Shown: positions 12,107 through 27,049, numbered from the stretch's first letter. The stretch is 64,000 nt of DNA from Ophelia neglecta (GCA_965285935.1 OZ260666.1:41540001-41604000), one strand, 5' to 3'. A program made the numbers and translations. The notes: generated from the sequence alone by a model not told the origin.

Positions 12107-15100
12107 ATTAGCTCTGCTTGGCGGCTGCAATGCCAAAATCATAAGCCAATGACCTAGTTCTCGTTCCCTCGGATGCTGGGGAGTTTCGTATGTGTCGACC
12201 CTATGGGAAATGACTGCGTGACACAATGCTGTTGAATACTTAAGTAAGTAAAACAATTTGTGATAGTGATGTCCTTGTAAATGTTCGTGAGCACGATTCG
12301 CATTATTGCTCCCAACGGAAGCTCATATATCGCTTACAACAGCCACATGTTGTTCCTAATAGCAATATCTTCGCTCCGAAAAACATGAGAATCCACTAGT
12401 GACCACAAAATCCAGGGGGCGCTGTTATAGAGGGCACATGGTTAGTCAACATTGCATCGAAGCTACAGTACCGTTGAGATTCGGGTATAAAATATTCGGT
12501 TGGTGCAAGTCAATTAACGGGAAGCTGGTAACAAACTTAGAGTTCGCATATGGGATCTGGATGTTTTGTTTAACCTCACTAGCAGTTGCTTTGAAGTAGG
12601 GCCGAATAAACGCGGGTCCTTTCGTGGAAGATTCTACCGGCCTGGCTATTGGGGTTCACGTAATGAATTCTCAATATCCAAAATGCCTCGGGCTAGTAGT
12701 ATGCGCCTATAGCACTTGATTTTTCGAACTTCCTGGTCGACCACACGTTCTGCCATTACTGCGCAGCCCGAGTGCGCAGCTTCATTGAAGGCGCTGTTTA
12801 GCTGTTGTTTGATAGATCGCGGATTTCTATCCCATAATAATGATAAGTAGGAACCGGTAGACTCGCAAAGAAAGCCCAGGAAATATATGAGTTCGAACCG
12901 TCCCAGCAGGACGTATCGGAGGCAAAAATAAGACAGCATAGCATCCATTTTAAAAGCCAAACTTCGGCAAACCTTACTTCCGGCTCACCGGATAAGCGAA
13001 GCTATGTCTTCCCGGATTGTCTCCCAAAGCAATTGCCACGTGCTAAAATCTGCCCGAGTCTCAACCGTGATCGTGGGAAAATAATTTCCCACGATAAAAG
13101 CGCTTTCACGCTTTAAACGTACTAATTTGATACCGTCCAGCGGTGTCAATGACCGTCTTTGATAATCTCGACGTGTTTCGCATGTAGTGGCACAAACTGT
13201 CCTGTATCGATGTGCATGGAACAAGGGACATCTTTTCATTTCAATAGCTATCGATGTGTTATCGATGTGTTGTCCTTTTATCAATCGCGCAGCGGCCCTA
13301 AACTTTTACACACTTCTGAGTGTCACACAAACCATTTCTGTGCTAGAAAATTTGCATATACTATATCGAAATTGTCCCTGTCTCGTTTTGGCAGTTCGTC
13401 CGCCATCTTGTAAAGAAAACATTGCCCCTTATCATAAATATGCCATGGCTAATGAAAAGGCACAAAGCTTGCCGTATAGATGTAGCTAAGTTCCTTTTGG
13501 GGGAATTTGCTATACCTTCCTTCACACACGATATATTCGCCTCGCATGTCCCTTTACTAGCTGCTACCAACGATTAAACATCAAACTCGAATTTAATTTA
13601 TATTATAGAAACCGGCACCGGGCGGTTTTACTGTCTGCACGTCAAAAGCATGGGCCAGGACCGGTTAATATTAATTGTTTCCCTCGTAGTTTAAATGACT
13701 ATTGTATGACCACATCACCAAACCATGTGTAAAGTTTGATTTTATTTATCCGCCTCCACCGTTTATGTTTTATTTTGAGGGAAATTCTTATTTATGTTGA
13801 ACTTAATATTTGCTTATGATTAATATAATATTTTTATTTTTTTTTGTAAGTCTATTTTTCCGTTCGTCCATGTTGTACCTATCTGCTCATTTTTTTCTAA
13901 AATTGAATGGAAAATAAAAGGGAGAGGCCACTAGATTAGTCCCGCGCTACTTGGCTAATCCCAGTGAAAAATTGTTGAAAGGAAATTGCTATAACTAGTC
14001 CGTAACCCAGTCGCTCATGGCAAATTTCAAAGAGTCACTTTAGAACAAATAGTCTAGTTAAAATAATATTTACAGTTTATTCCTATTTTTGATCAAAGAA
14101 GAGAGCCTTGGGTGTACGTTGTGATGTACTATGCGGCTCTTTCTTTAAATAACAAGCTGCAAGATTAGGCCATCCACCGTTTCCTCGTTATTGGTGTGCT
14201 ATTGTATCATTGCGCCGGGAGATGAAAAGATTTTGAAATTCCCGGAACTACTTTGCCCGGAGGTAACACCATAAAGAAAACGACACGCAGCTTTACTGGC
14301 ACGTAGCCTAAACTAATGACAATTGAGGGCGAGCCGCCGTCAGCTTATACAACCTAGGTCCAGTGTTCAATGCCTTACTGAAGCCCTTGCCAGATATCAT
14401 AAATAGTTTATGGCGGGGTGCACCAAACCGTCGACAACGTTGAAATTGGTTGCATGACATGGTGGTCATGCCAAGGTAATGTTCCGTGTGTTCAGCTATC
14501 ACTGACCAACTCGTTAGGCTTGCCAACAGGCAAAAGATGATGGGCGTTACCCTTTCCATACATACATATATCAAATGATCTATGTTTACATGCATAATTT
14601 AAGATTGCCTTATTCCATGGGACACAAGCCACATGCTAGTATGGTCATGACCCCCTTTTTAGTCAAAGAGTTACCCTCGACAGTCTCTGTGTGTTGTTTG
14701 ATATCTGGGATCTCATACAGGGTTTGGGAAACCATGATAGAGGAACCAATCTTTTCGAATACCCTAGGTCGGCCACACAATCCTATGTAGCATTGCTCTC
14801 CAGTTTTATTTCCTTACAAGGTTCTTTCGTTATTAATGTTTTCCTATATAGTCTCATCGAAGCTCAGGGTGGAACTTTTTTGTACAGACGTTTTATCGCC
14901 TCCCAGCTGTGGATCGGGCATAAACAAGTTGACATTTAGTTCTCACCAGCTACCCCATTAACCCAACGAGGTGTTATGAATAAATAAAACACCCAACCTG
15001 AAAGACCAATAGGCGCCGATCCCCTTTAGAGGTCTAAGCTGCCACAACAGACCACATTTTATTATATATCTAATGATATTTTAACATGGCAGACGTTGAA

Positions 15101-16891
15101 ATTTTTACTGACTGAAGGCATCAATATTATTCTTTGAGGGAAAATCACATTTGGCTTTCAAATTTGATCAAAAAAAGATATGTAGTTTACACATTTGTAA
15201 CTCATTGCGTTTCTGGTCTGCCGCCACCGACAAAAGTTTGCCAACAAAATTAACAGCTAACCGTATGGTGTATGGATACTGTGGCATTTCTAGTGTTATC
15301 TTAGTCCTCTGAGGGAAGAAGAACGTGAATTATTTATGGTTCAATTGCTTTGGAAGATGTCCCTCTCACCGCCAATCACGCAAGAGTTGATGTAGTTTAT
15401 TTAGAAGCACTCGAGCGACCATGTGTCCAATACTCAGCGCTATTTTAGATAATGTATACAACTGGACCAACTCCGACGCCATGAAGACCACTCGAAGCCC
15501 ACCGGCTCAATGGCTTGGCGTTTACCGCGGTCCTCAAGTGAGATGTCGAACGAATTAAACACCGGCTGATTGGAAACGTTCAAACACAGCGTTCTGTGTA
15601 CAACGTGGTGTATTCAGTTTGGAGGACTAAAAGCATTCTCCAGACGAGTGGCTCAAACAACAATCTCTCTTCGATAGGCATTTCAATAGCGTTTCCCAGT
15701 CAATATCAGAAATTTGTAAGCAAATTTGGAGCACTTAAACTATGAAACACCTGGCAATTAATTGTACGGTGTTCTACATCCGTGATAGAAGCGGGTTGCT
15801 GTCCTTTCAAACTCATTCGAAGATCCGATTTCTATTTATTGCCAGAGAATAATTACAAGGAAAGTAATCAAGCTTTGGTTCTGTGGCAATCAGCTTACCT
15901 TTAATGGGCATTGAGAAAGAACTTCATACTTGTTCTCACGCAAATATCCCAGATGGGGCACTGGGGTTGATCCCGCAACTGATTTAAGTCTATGATGCCT
16001 AAGACACAACTGGTGATTGTCGAATTAATATGGTTAGATGTATACGTTATTCAGAGTGACCCGGCGTTTTCAAGTAATCAGCTTTAGCGCTGTTCCATGT
16101 TGGGCGCGTGAGATGGTAACATTAACACGCCTATCCAGAGCCCACGGGTATGGGGGATTCTCCACAGAAAGAATTATGATGGAAAATTAATCAGGATTTG
16201 AGTGGCCGCGGACAAGGAGATGGATGACTTGATGAATTTGACATAACAGTAGCACTATAATCCCTAACTGGCCTTGGCACCGGAGATAGCACTATGAGAC
16301 ATGATATGTTTATTGAATAACATTAAATCTGGCTCAGGTACTGTTTGTCCTGCCAGTCAAATCATACTTTTGATAGAAAATCTCATATAATTAAACTTTT
16401 ACCGAAGGTTTGCCAACAGTTTGGCTTCTCTATATATGATTAGAGAATGTCAGTGCCATGTAGACTCTTCGTGACTCGACACCGATCGGGCATTCGAAAG
16501 TGACAAGGACAGTCTCGAGAGGCAGTCATTGTCGTCTGCCTTTCACAAATCAATTAAATCCACGAATGTAATGAATTACTTTAGGCATGACTTAGTTCAC
16601 GATCATAGTTAATATGTCTGTAGTACGCAACCGTGCGCGAAAGTTGTATGAACTGGTTTCTGTGTAGTATGAATGATAATACAATAAACAAACTTATTAT
16701 TCAAACCAAACCTTGTTGACTCTACGTCATATATTAATGATTACTCTTGGTTCAGTCTATACGAAATAACACGGCACGTACAACTTCAGAATCTATATTA
16801 GAACGAATTGTTTTGGTAATATAAATAAATACGTTAATTAATTATTGCTTACTTAAGATCTTTAAATAATCTTACAAGTCAGAGAGACATA

Positions 16892-17059
16892 NNNNNNNNN
16901 NNNNNNNNNNNNNNNNNNNNNNNNNNNNNNNNNNNNNNNNNNNNNNNNNNNNNNNNNNNNNNNNNNNNNNNNNNNNNNNNNNNNNNNNNNNNNNNNNNNN
17001 NNNNNNNNNNNNNNNNNNNNNNNNNNNNNNNNNNNNNNNNNNNNNNNNNNNNNNNNNNN
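16892..17059. other. Assembly gap (168 N)
   Basis: Run of N. Confidence 1.
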
Positions 17060-20000
17060 GGGGCAAACATTTTATGGACAAATCCGTTAATTAACTACAA
17101 GTGTAAATTGTATGACAAACAAAGTGTGTAAGATTATATCATTGTCAGCTTATAAAAGACACAGTAAAACAATTAATTCTAATCAAATCTGGCCCCATTG
17201 CGTATAGATTACAAGAATTAGTAGCGCATAAGAATAAATATATCACAATATCACCATTGGAACATGGAATTAAATGTGGTTGGCTAAGTACTGTAACATT
17301 TGACGGATTGTAGTTAAATTTGGACTGGCTTAATGGAAATATTCCGAATTTTTTTTAGGTTTTTCTTGTTTTTTTTTCGGTTGGATTCCCCCTCCCCCTT
17401 TTTGTACAAGTAGAGGCAAGAACAAATAGGCACACATGCATAATGTGAGTTGCAATTAGTTTTCAATGAACACGCAAAATGACAATTATTGATAACAGTA
17501 TTGGCCACTTTCCATAAACACGCGCAAATACAATGCATGCGTCATTTGAGACATCTGAAATGTGTTTTCCCGGTTCGTATAAATCGTCAATGTTCTTAAT
17601 AGGGTTCAAATGCAGGAACGAGTTTATGAATAACACCTTAATGTAGATACGTATAGCCAATTTAATGTTCTGTTCATGAACGCTAGCAATTTATGACATA
17701 AATGACATCTTAGTTCACGTATACGGTCATTGAGTGCAAGACAAAAGAAGGAACAAATATCATGTTTACATAAATGTTTTCAGAAGAGGCATGAGCGTCG
17801 TCTTTTTAGTCAAAAACGGTCGAAACTTAACGCTGTTTGGTTTCCATGTACCTTACGTGTTGGCCTATATAGATACAGATAGTATATATATTATGCAAAA
17901 GGGAACAATCGTTCGAATGAAAGTCAGCTTCTCCTATCGCCGTGCAGTCTAAAGTCCGGTCAAGGATAAATTACCGTGAAACTATGTTTATTGGTATATT
18001 CAGGCCAAAAAGATGAAAAAGGTATCCAAATAAAAAACAAGTACACTATCCTGTACTCTTACCACAAGTTGTTAATCATTAAAAGTTCGAGGAGTCATTG
18101 AGTAAAAGAAAGGATTAGATCCAAATTGTCTTTTCCTTGCCAAGAACTTATCGCTCTTTGACAAAGTGTATCTTCTCCTGAATAAGGCTGATTCTGGATT
18201 GTACACACAGGCGGGAGTCAGGTGATTTGTTTGGTGAAGTAGCGGTACCCGCCCCCACCATTGAAATGATCCCATTTATTTTGCATTAAGGTGGGTTCGG
18301 GATCATGTCCAATCGGGTTCTGACTAACCCAGCATTAACCTGGTCTTAGTTACCATATTCTGAGTCCTGAAGCCGATAAGCCTAAAAATTAGTGGACCTT
18401 GCCATAAACCAGACAATGAGATATTCAGTCGTTGAATTTTTAATCAGATAAAACTCGCTGACCTTGCATCAGGTGCACTTGAGGTCGTCTCTCGGCAATG
18501 CGGTGAGGTTGAACGGTGCAAAGAAATTGGCGGCAGACAACCGGAAGTCGAGCAGTTGAACTCTCACGTGACCAACAGAAGCGGTCGGCGGAGATATAAT
18601 CACCAGTAATTGTCTGCATTGTACCTCAGGCAGGAGTTTTTATGAGGAATGACTCGTCACGCGAATTTGATTGATAACAACAGCAAATGAGGCGAAACAA
18701 ATTTCCAGAACCGGGTTGCCTTGTATTAAAGAATGACGACTATGGTGGATATTAAATGCAAGTTTAAAAGCCAGAGTGGCTTGGAACTTCTTTTTTATGT
18801 TTTGGAAATTCATCACATCGCGCATGTTGTTATTTGTAGCCCAATCTTTATATTGTGGTTCTTTAAAAAACGTGCGTGGGCGAAATTATTCCGTTCAAGA
18901 TAGCCCTTGATAAAATGATCACATCATTCGATTGAGTAGACCACCGCAGTATATCTGGCAAAGAATTAGATGTTAAATCGATTAAAGAACCATCTGGCTT
19001 AAGGCCATAATTGGTTAGTAATAGCTTTTATTCACCCCTTTGTCGCTGCCAGGGGCGGAATAAAGGTTCACCGGTGATATGAGAGACTCCCACCCCCTCC
19101 ACTCCTACATCATGCCCACTAGAGAGCGTCTCCAAGGTGGGTGACGGCTGTCTCCAATAGGGGGGCTCGGAGACCCCGTCCCAGAACCAGGGGGGGGGGG
19201 GGGTCATGTTTACCACGTCGTTTCCATAATAGCTACCCCATCCTTTCCGAATTTCCTGAAACAGCCATTGCACTTTGGCCCTCAAGGGTATTTCATCCAT
19301 TGTGGGGATTTATTCAAGGGCGCTTTAGAGCTAGTCATAATCAACAGCTGAATATTTAATATGTCATACCTATATCTTCGTGACACTTGATTGAATTTTG
19401 AGAGCTGTGCCAATATTTTTTTTTGTAATAGATCTATTGTGTAGCTGGAAGTGCTTGGATCCTAAGTACATTCCATTCATAAACAAATAATGTTTAGACA
19501 CACAAGTAATACGTGTACAATAAATAAATAACTATGAGACCTATAATACACGTTGTGTAACTATGCATGTATGCCCCTCAGCCTAATGACTAATGTTTCA
19601 GTAACATATATCTTTACACCCAACGGAGATGGTGGAGCGTTGACAAAGTTGTACATTCTCTCATACGCCTCTAGCCTAACAGTCCCATAAAAAACCAAAG
19701 GATCAAAACAAATGAGCGATTTTAGCAGATATGCTTTCATCAAACATAAGATTATCAGGGCTATAAAATCTCATAACAACCAAAAAACAAAAATAGAATC
19801 TGATTAGGCATCAGTGTGTTACTTTTAACTACAGATCAGCCAATCCTTCTCATTCAGTGAATTGAGCAGTAATCTGTTAGAGTAGCATTCCTCCCAATGT
19901 CGATTTCTAGTCAGGTAATCTGCGCGGATTAATCTGAAACGCTTGGCTGTGTCCGCATTAAAGAATGGCGAACAGGCGAGACTGATGAAGCTATAGATTG

Positions 20001-22743
20001 ACGAACCGGCGAGACCGATGAAGAGTCGCCGTGTTCCTGTTAGCCTCAGAAAACAAGAACGCTCTGTTTACATAAAATACCCATAGAGGGCGTTGGTGTA
20101 CTCAGTGATTTCTCTATGCCAGCTAGGTCTTTTTTGGATGATGACTACATTTCTGTTTGTAAGTGAGCATTTCACTGCAAACATTAATGCCCGTCGACAT
20201 TTAGCGGGTCATGTACAAAATCGTTGCTGCCTGTTGAACGATTCAGCATTATAACAGGAGCGCGCACTCCATTTATGTTATTTTTTATTGGTCGTGTGGA
20301 TGATCAATTCATAGTAGTCTGACTGGTAACATTGTAAAATATATTGCTATGTTGTGTTCTTAGAGTAATGTAGAACTGTTGTTACACGTCAGAGGCTCGT
20401 ATTTGTAGTCTGTTTCAGTGCGTCGAAGTCAATTCCCAACTTTCAACAGGCTTGGGCTCGGTGGTGCAATTTATTTATACAACCGCGCCACTTCCGCTCC
20501 CACGGCGCCTTCTGTACCCGAGTATTATATAGCTTTTATCGTGAGTGTTTTCCTGTCGCCAGTGTATTAACGTTTCGAGACTTGGATGGCATGACAGACA
20601 TGTGTCCGTCACCATGAGCAACCATGGCTGCAAGCCCTGCGACTGATAGGCCCAGGTCAGCGACCGTAGCGCGCGCTATGCAAAAATGTGGGCGATTTCC
20701 GGCACTGTCTTTCCTCCTATGCCGTATTCCGGGCAGGACGCGCCAACTGCCGGAAATAGCGAGGAAATGGGTGGGATTAGTTGACCCACACACGACGTGT
20801 CGTAAACGGTTGACTGGCCTGCAGTGCTGTTTAAACCGAGTACATTAACCGTGGTCTACTGTAGCTGCCGAGGGTTATTTGTCTGTGGGAGTCTCGGTTA
20901 TAAGATAGGCCTGAGAGTCAGGTATACTCACATGGCCTATAGCGTTAATATTATACTGACTTCGATTCTCCGGGTGGCCCTGACCACTACAATATAGCCT
21001 ACTAGTGATTTTCTTATAGCCTTGCAATACGGTGTGGACTGTATATATTGCATACTTACGAGTAGTATTGTATTATCTTATTTTCATGATTTTTTTCTTC
21101 AACTGCTCACTAGGCCACACATATTTGGTCCCCCACTAAAACTTCCCATTTAGTCCGACACATTTACTTAAATGCCAACCAGAGGAAATAAATTGGTTGT
21201 TTTTGCTGGTAAAAGGCGGATTATAGGACATTTGGTTATTTTAGTTTCATTTGTATTGAATCTAAATATATATGTACTTATTCGCAAGGTCATTGACACT
21301 ATTCAAAAAATCGAAATTTTTGTACAATGTCATGTTCATGGTTTCGAAACGGAAGAACAAATCCCTGACACGATTAAATTTCCTAGAGTATGCGTTTGCA
21401 ACATAAAATCTCTGTCTGGAAACTGCTTCAATTGTTCCCATCTCTCTCTTTCCTTTTCATATAAAACAAACATAACAATGGTAAAAAGAACCTTGCTGGT
21501 TTACCGAATAACTGGCCATTTACCTCGAGTAAGAAAATAAATCGATTCACGTTTTCCTTCCTTGAGCCATATGAGCTCAGTTTTCTCGAATTCTCCCTTG
21601 TCCATTCCTTTACAAGAACATTGTATCCACGTGGCTTTGGCAAGTCGACTCTCCTGAGCACCCTTCTCTGTACCCGAGGGAACTGGGCTAAATTAGGTTT
21701 GGCTGATGCTCTTACGGTAACAGCATCGAATCTCAAAGCATTTACTCGTTCTTGCCTTAACCCTTTGGCGCCAAAGCATTGTGTCGTCTGCTTTAATGGA
21801 AAAAAGGCCTCAACGTCTGACAATGTATCTTATCTCATTAGTTTAGTATTACAGTGGGTAACATTTTTTTATGTTGTGATTATTATTTGCGCAGGATTGG
21901 GCTTGTTTGCAAAGATTGTAGATCTGGTAATTAACTCTAGACACAAATATTTTGTATTCTATTCACTGGTTCAATTACAGCACCAAACAGTTCCTACTGT
22001 TTGATGTTTTTATCATTTACCTAAAATTCGGGCCCATTATAAATGAAACATTCCATTTTTATTATTTTAACTATTTATTTGTTGTCAACTGTACATTTTG
22101 TGATAATAACTCAGCAATGAGTGGAAAGTACTGAGGCGACCAGTAAAAATGGGACTCGTGCGACATCTTACTCTATTATTCAGTAACGTGAATCGACAGT
22201 TAGCCGTGTATAAAATATTCATCACACTTGTGAGCATGTGTCGTTACAAGTTTATCGTTTTAGAATGCACATTAGGCTAGTTGAGGGACATTAGTTTCCC
22301 ATTTGTGACAAGTTGCTAAATCTGGATTGTTTCAATCTTGCGACAACACTGGTTAATTGTTTGTCATTTCGTAACCAATATCATGTTTAAAAGACGTGAA
22401 CGTATTCGAAATTCTGCAAACCACGTGTACATACGTGACTTCATGCGAGAACAGTCCAAATAAAACTGCTGCTCTGGTGAAACAAATAATAGTTCTCTAG
22501 GATGAAACAACAGAAACAAGGAACCAGTGCCTTCTTGACTATTTTCAAGTTTAAATTGTGCGTTAACACTTATTGAGGCCGTGAGTTTTGGGGCTAAAAG
22601 CACCGAACGTCCATATTCTGCCATTAAATGCGACTCGGTTTGCGAGACCCGGACGAACAGCGAAACCGTTTTAAGAGCTTCCGCCCTCTCTGTGCCGATA
22701 TGGCCGTGGCAAGGCTGTGCAAACATCGACACCCCACCCATAA

Positions 22744-22838
22744 ATGAGGACAAAACCGGAAGTTAAACTTTGCTCCGAGTCTTGCGCCTGTTTTGTCGCG
22801 CTTCGGTTGCCACGATGTTGTTTAATCCGGCCTGGCAG
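22744..22838 (+). CDS. Candidate alternative first exon of VGLUT (candidate A; may be non-coding 5' UTR)
   Basis: Strong donor CAG|GTAAGC at 22839. ATG at 22744 reads MRTKPEVKLCSESCACFVALRLPRCCLIRPG(R) open to the donor in phase 2. Lies in a CpG-rich stretch. Confidence 0.3.
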
Positions 22839-23786
22839 GTAAGCTAGACGGAATATGCTTTTACTCGATCGAACGTTTTTTTATGGACAAGGAACAATGT
22901 CAGTGTTTTTCCCAAACGACTCGGTGCATATTGCCGTCTCGAGCCTATTGAGACATAGGCTTTTGTTAGCTTTACTCGTTTTGCCCTTGATAATTTAATG
23001 TGTCTGGTTCTTTAGAATAAACCTGAATATGGCTATATTGATATAGTGATGGGTGAATTTATGTACTCCTATGAGCAAAATGTAGTTTACAAAAGCAACG
23101 CCATCATTAAGTCGTCTGCTTGTGTAACGCATGGAATTCGAGGAGGTGGGTGAAGTTGTGTATTCTGTCCACTGCTGACCAGCAGACGTGTTACCCGACA
23201 TGCCAAATACCAGTAATGGCGGGCTGTATTGCTTCATAAATATTCTAGTGTATATAAAGCTCTAGGGAATGAGAGACTGCTGGCATTGTTAAAGTGATAA
23301 ATATATCATGAAAGACTGCCTGGCACAATAGCACGCATTATCTAAACGAGGATATTAATGCGCAGTCGATATAATTTGTTTGGGTATAATATAGGCTGGT
23401 TCTTTGCCGGAATTTAAACAGTCCCTGTTCCAAAGCCACATGCAACAGTAACACAGGGGGAGCTTTGTACTTGACAACTTAAGAGGAATCTAGTTTTTAG
23501 CTGGTGGATAATATCTAGTCAGTAATTAGTGTAAACCGGAAGTATAAAACCATGTTTACTTCTTTGGCGTCTGCCACCTACCGACCAAGAGTGCCACCCA
23601 GGGTAAAACATCAGGTGAAAAGGTGAGTTTCCGAGATAAGCCCAAAGCCATTGCGGAAGTATATTTCTGACTCAGTGCATCATCATTCTTAATATTCCCA
23701 GGTCCCAAAATATAACAGTTTTGAATCAGAGTAAATAACAACAAGCGTCACTTTTATAAATGTTATGAATGATTGAAACTTCCGGT
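22755..23786. promoter_or_regulatory. Cluster of three perfect ETS-family motifs (ACCGGAAGT); possible VGLUT promoter region
   Basis: ACCGGAAGT at 22755-22763 (+), at 23535-23543 (+, overlapping TATAAAA at 23543-23549) and at 23778-23786 (-), around the two candidate first exons. Confidence 0.35.
23552..23622 (+). CDS. Candidate first coding exon of VGLUT (candidate B)
   Basis: aaaaccATG in good Kozak context; open frame MFTSLASATYRPRVPPRVKHQVK(R); consensus donor AAG|GTGAGT in phase 2, which exon 2 requires (AG+A = Arg). No homology support visible. Confidence 0.45.
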
Positions 23787-26700
23787 TGGATGAGCGTGTC
23801 ATATTAAAAGCAAAATATTTAGTTGAAAAAAAATGTTACTCTTTTTTAAGCTAAAAGACTAAAAGGAATTTTGTTTTTCATAATATTTAAACATAAGCCA
23901 TGACGTCTATGAATCTTTTTAGCTCGAAATGTGTGCGTGGTAACCGTGCAAACGCATTATTGATTAAATATCTGCATGTTTGTAACATTAGCCGCATTAA
24001 AAAACAATGCTTAGACATGTTTGTATCCCTGCATAAGCAGACAGTCACGAACTAGGACATATAAAAAATTAATCCAGTCAACTGGCTATATGCTTAGTTC
24101 TTAATATATGCCTTTTGGGACCCATTTGAAGCGTTGGTATGATGTTTTTGATGCACTCCTGTTGGTTGATCACACACAGCGGGGGCTCCTTGCTGGAGAA
24201 GACAACACCAGGCATCACTCGGGCCCCATCGCAGCGGAAATCACTCAAAATGCAGTCTGTTGAAATATTTATATCTCCATTTTAACATGACTTTATTTCT
24301 GCAAATGAGGGAATCTCTAACTGTGAGGGCGGTCTAGGGTGTGTATTAAAATACAGTATATCACGAAAAGAGAGCTATTTGGTGGGCGTGAGCTGGCACA
24401 TAGTTAATATTGGTGGCAGCATGGACTCTTCGGAGGAAAATTCGACACCAGCTATGAAAATTCTATTAAGGTGTCAATTAGTACACCGGGCCTATCGATT
24501 GCAAATATTATTGTGTACCTTTGCCTGCAGTTATATCAATTAGTCAGAACGACGTGTCATGACTTACTATCTAGGTCCTACACGGATAGTTAGAGTATTG
24601 TCTGGTGACTGCAGGTGGGAGAAAACAATGGTCATATTGCTACTCTCCTCGGCGTGCTAGGACACTTGGCGGACAGGACGCGCCTATATAGCATTCATTC
24701 ATTAGTCCAATTCGCCGTGGAGAGCTACGGATCAGTATCCCAGTGTCATTATTGTCAGTTTTCCCTTTACTAGATTAGGGGGTACGACTAAAATATTCAT
24801 GAAGAATGTTGCTCTGTTGTTCAATTTTCCCTTTTTGGCCAAGATAAAATCCACAACGCATGGTTGAGCATGACACATGGATAACTCAAAAGCTGTGTTC
24901 ACATCTGACAACTGCTGCATAGTTTAAGACTTAAGTCGAAATACATGTCTGGACCAGTCTTGTCACATCAACCATCTCCAAGCAAACACACAAACCTAAT
25001 GGAAGAAATTGGCACCAAACAAGACATTTCATTGTCAAACATACAAACCTTAATCCTTTCTAGTAGATAGGGGAACATACGAAATAATGAGCCTAATGAA
25101 CATGCAATAAGATTTTGACATGACACTTATGCGCGAGATTAAGTGAACATAAACTATGTAGGCCTATATATAAAAAGGGGGAAGGGGGATTTTATTGAAA
25201 ACAGACTTTGTTATATAATATATTGGAAGCCCCGGCTTCATTTGAGACATTTTCAACGCCAAATCAAACTCTACTATAACTATCTTAAAACAAAAGGAGC
25301 TTGGCTAAAGTCTCGTATTTTATCTTTCTTCAAGAAACTTCTTGGTTGATGTTTCATGCTGAAAGATTTGTATGGGCATAAAATTTGTATTCGATAACTG
25401 TAAAAGTTTTGTAAGTATATCCTATAGGCCAAGTAACTGACCTATTTAAAATCAAAGTGACCTTGATATACATAAGAGGTCATGCTGTCATTTAAACAGG
25501 GAGACTTGGTCAATACAATTTGCAAATACGAAACCGTGCCCGATCAAAAGGGACACAACTTCGGTTCTGTCATTCGGTAATGAGAGTTCTGTAGAAGCGC
25601 ATGATGCCAGAAATGTCCATGGTCATTGGGCTCCATAGAGCCAGTCGGATATATCATAACTAAGTCTAGTCCAGCTTCTATTCTATCAGGGAACATCAAT
25701 GCAGACGACCCGACCACAGGTTTATTTAAGTGATTTTACAACGATGGCCTACTAGTTCCATAGGCATAATGCCGAAATAAAAATTACATATTCTACTAAT
25801 TCTTTTATGCATTAATAACTGCTGAAGATTTTGTTTCGGGTACTTCAACGGGTAGAAAGAAAAGCTCAGTTTAATAAATTCTCAAAGTTAAAACCCCAAG
25901 CACAATTGAAAATAGCTCCACCAACCTCTTGCTTGCCATTTGTTTCTTTTATAGCAGCCAGGCTTTAAAGTGAGAAATGTGGATACTGGTTAGCAGCATA
26001 TAGTATCTCCGACTGGCCGTTTTGCAGAGAAATTGAATCAGTGGCCGGAGATAAAAGGCGCCGTGTGGTAGACCATATTAGCCTAACAATGATAAATATC
26101 AACCCAACCACATGCGAACCATAACGGCCATCATGGTATCATGTGGGCCACATTCAATCTCATTAAGCATAGAAGACGATAGAGGTCATATTCAATAATA
26201 ATTAAAGTTATACATTTTATTATGATGCTAGAATTGTTATTCGCGGAATCACCACAACAGTTTATGACGATCAGAATGCAAAAAAGGAGTAGTACGTTGA
26301 ATTCAAAGTTAAAACAGATGAGCCATCGTTTTGGGACGCGCTGTAAGTCTTTATATACCTGCAAGAGTATCAGCGTAGACTTTCGTCTATAAATGAAATA
26401 AATAAAATAGCTAAGTTAAAGCTTTGAGAAGTAGAGGATTATATCTCTGCTTGGAAGGTTCATAACAATACATAAAACGATTTAAGTAATAAAATAAAAT
26501 TAGGAAAAAGCGAGTGAATTTTTCCTCATCAATTAAATTTGTAAATTTCACGATTTGCATGTTTCGTTTTTTTCGTTCTGACTGGACGTTATGCACTCAA
26601 CCGACACGCTGGACTAGTCAAAGCAATGAAAACATACGATCAACACTCGGGGAACCTTGTCACGCTTATCCGTAAAACTGTACATACTCAAAAAGATCTC

Positions 26701-27049
26701 CCTTTCATGCACCACTTAGGTTCTGAGTGATGAAGCATGTTTCGCAAACCTTCGTTCATTCTCTCGAGTTACATGGGGTACAAATTTCGAAGTTCTTTCG
26801 TACGAATGCAACTGATGTAATCTGTCAAATGTAGCATTACACAGTTAAACCATTGGGCAAGCTGTGAATGGCGACAGCATTAATTATAAATACGTATGGT
26901 GATTGTACGACCGACGAATATTCATCCTAATTTTGTTACAACAAATAACGACAGTCGTTGATAATCCAATGTAGGCTGTAATAAATAGACAATTTAAAAA
27001 CAAAAACTTGAGTATCTTATGCAATTTAAACATAAAAATAATGATTCAA

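Noticed and set aside
21172-22753. Overlapping 120-130 aa ORFs on both strands
   Set aside because: No recognisable domains or consistent splice signals; several begin at non-ATG codons.
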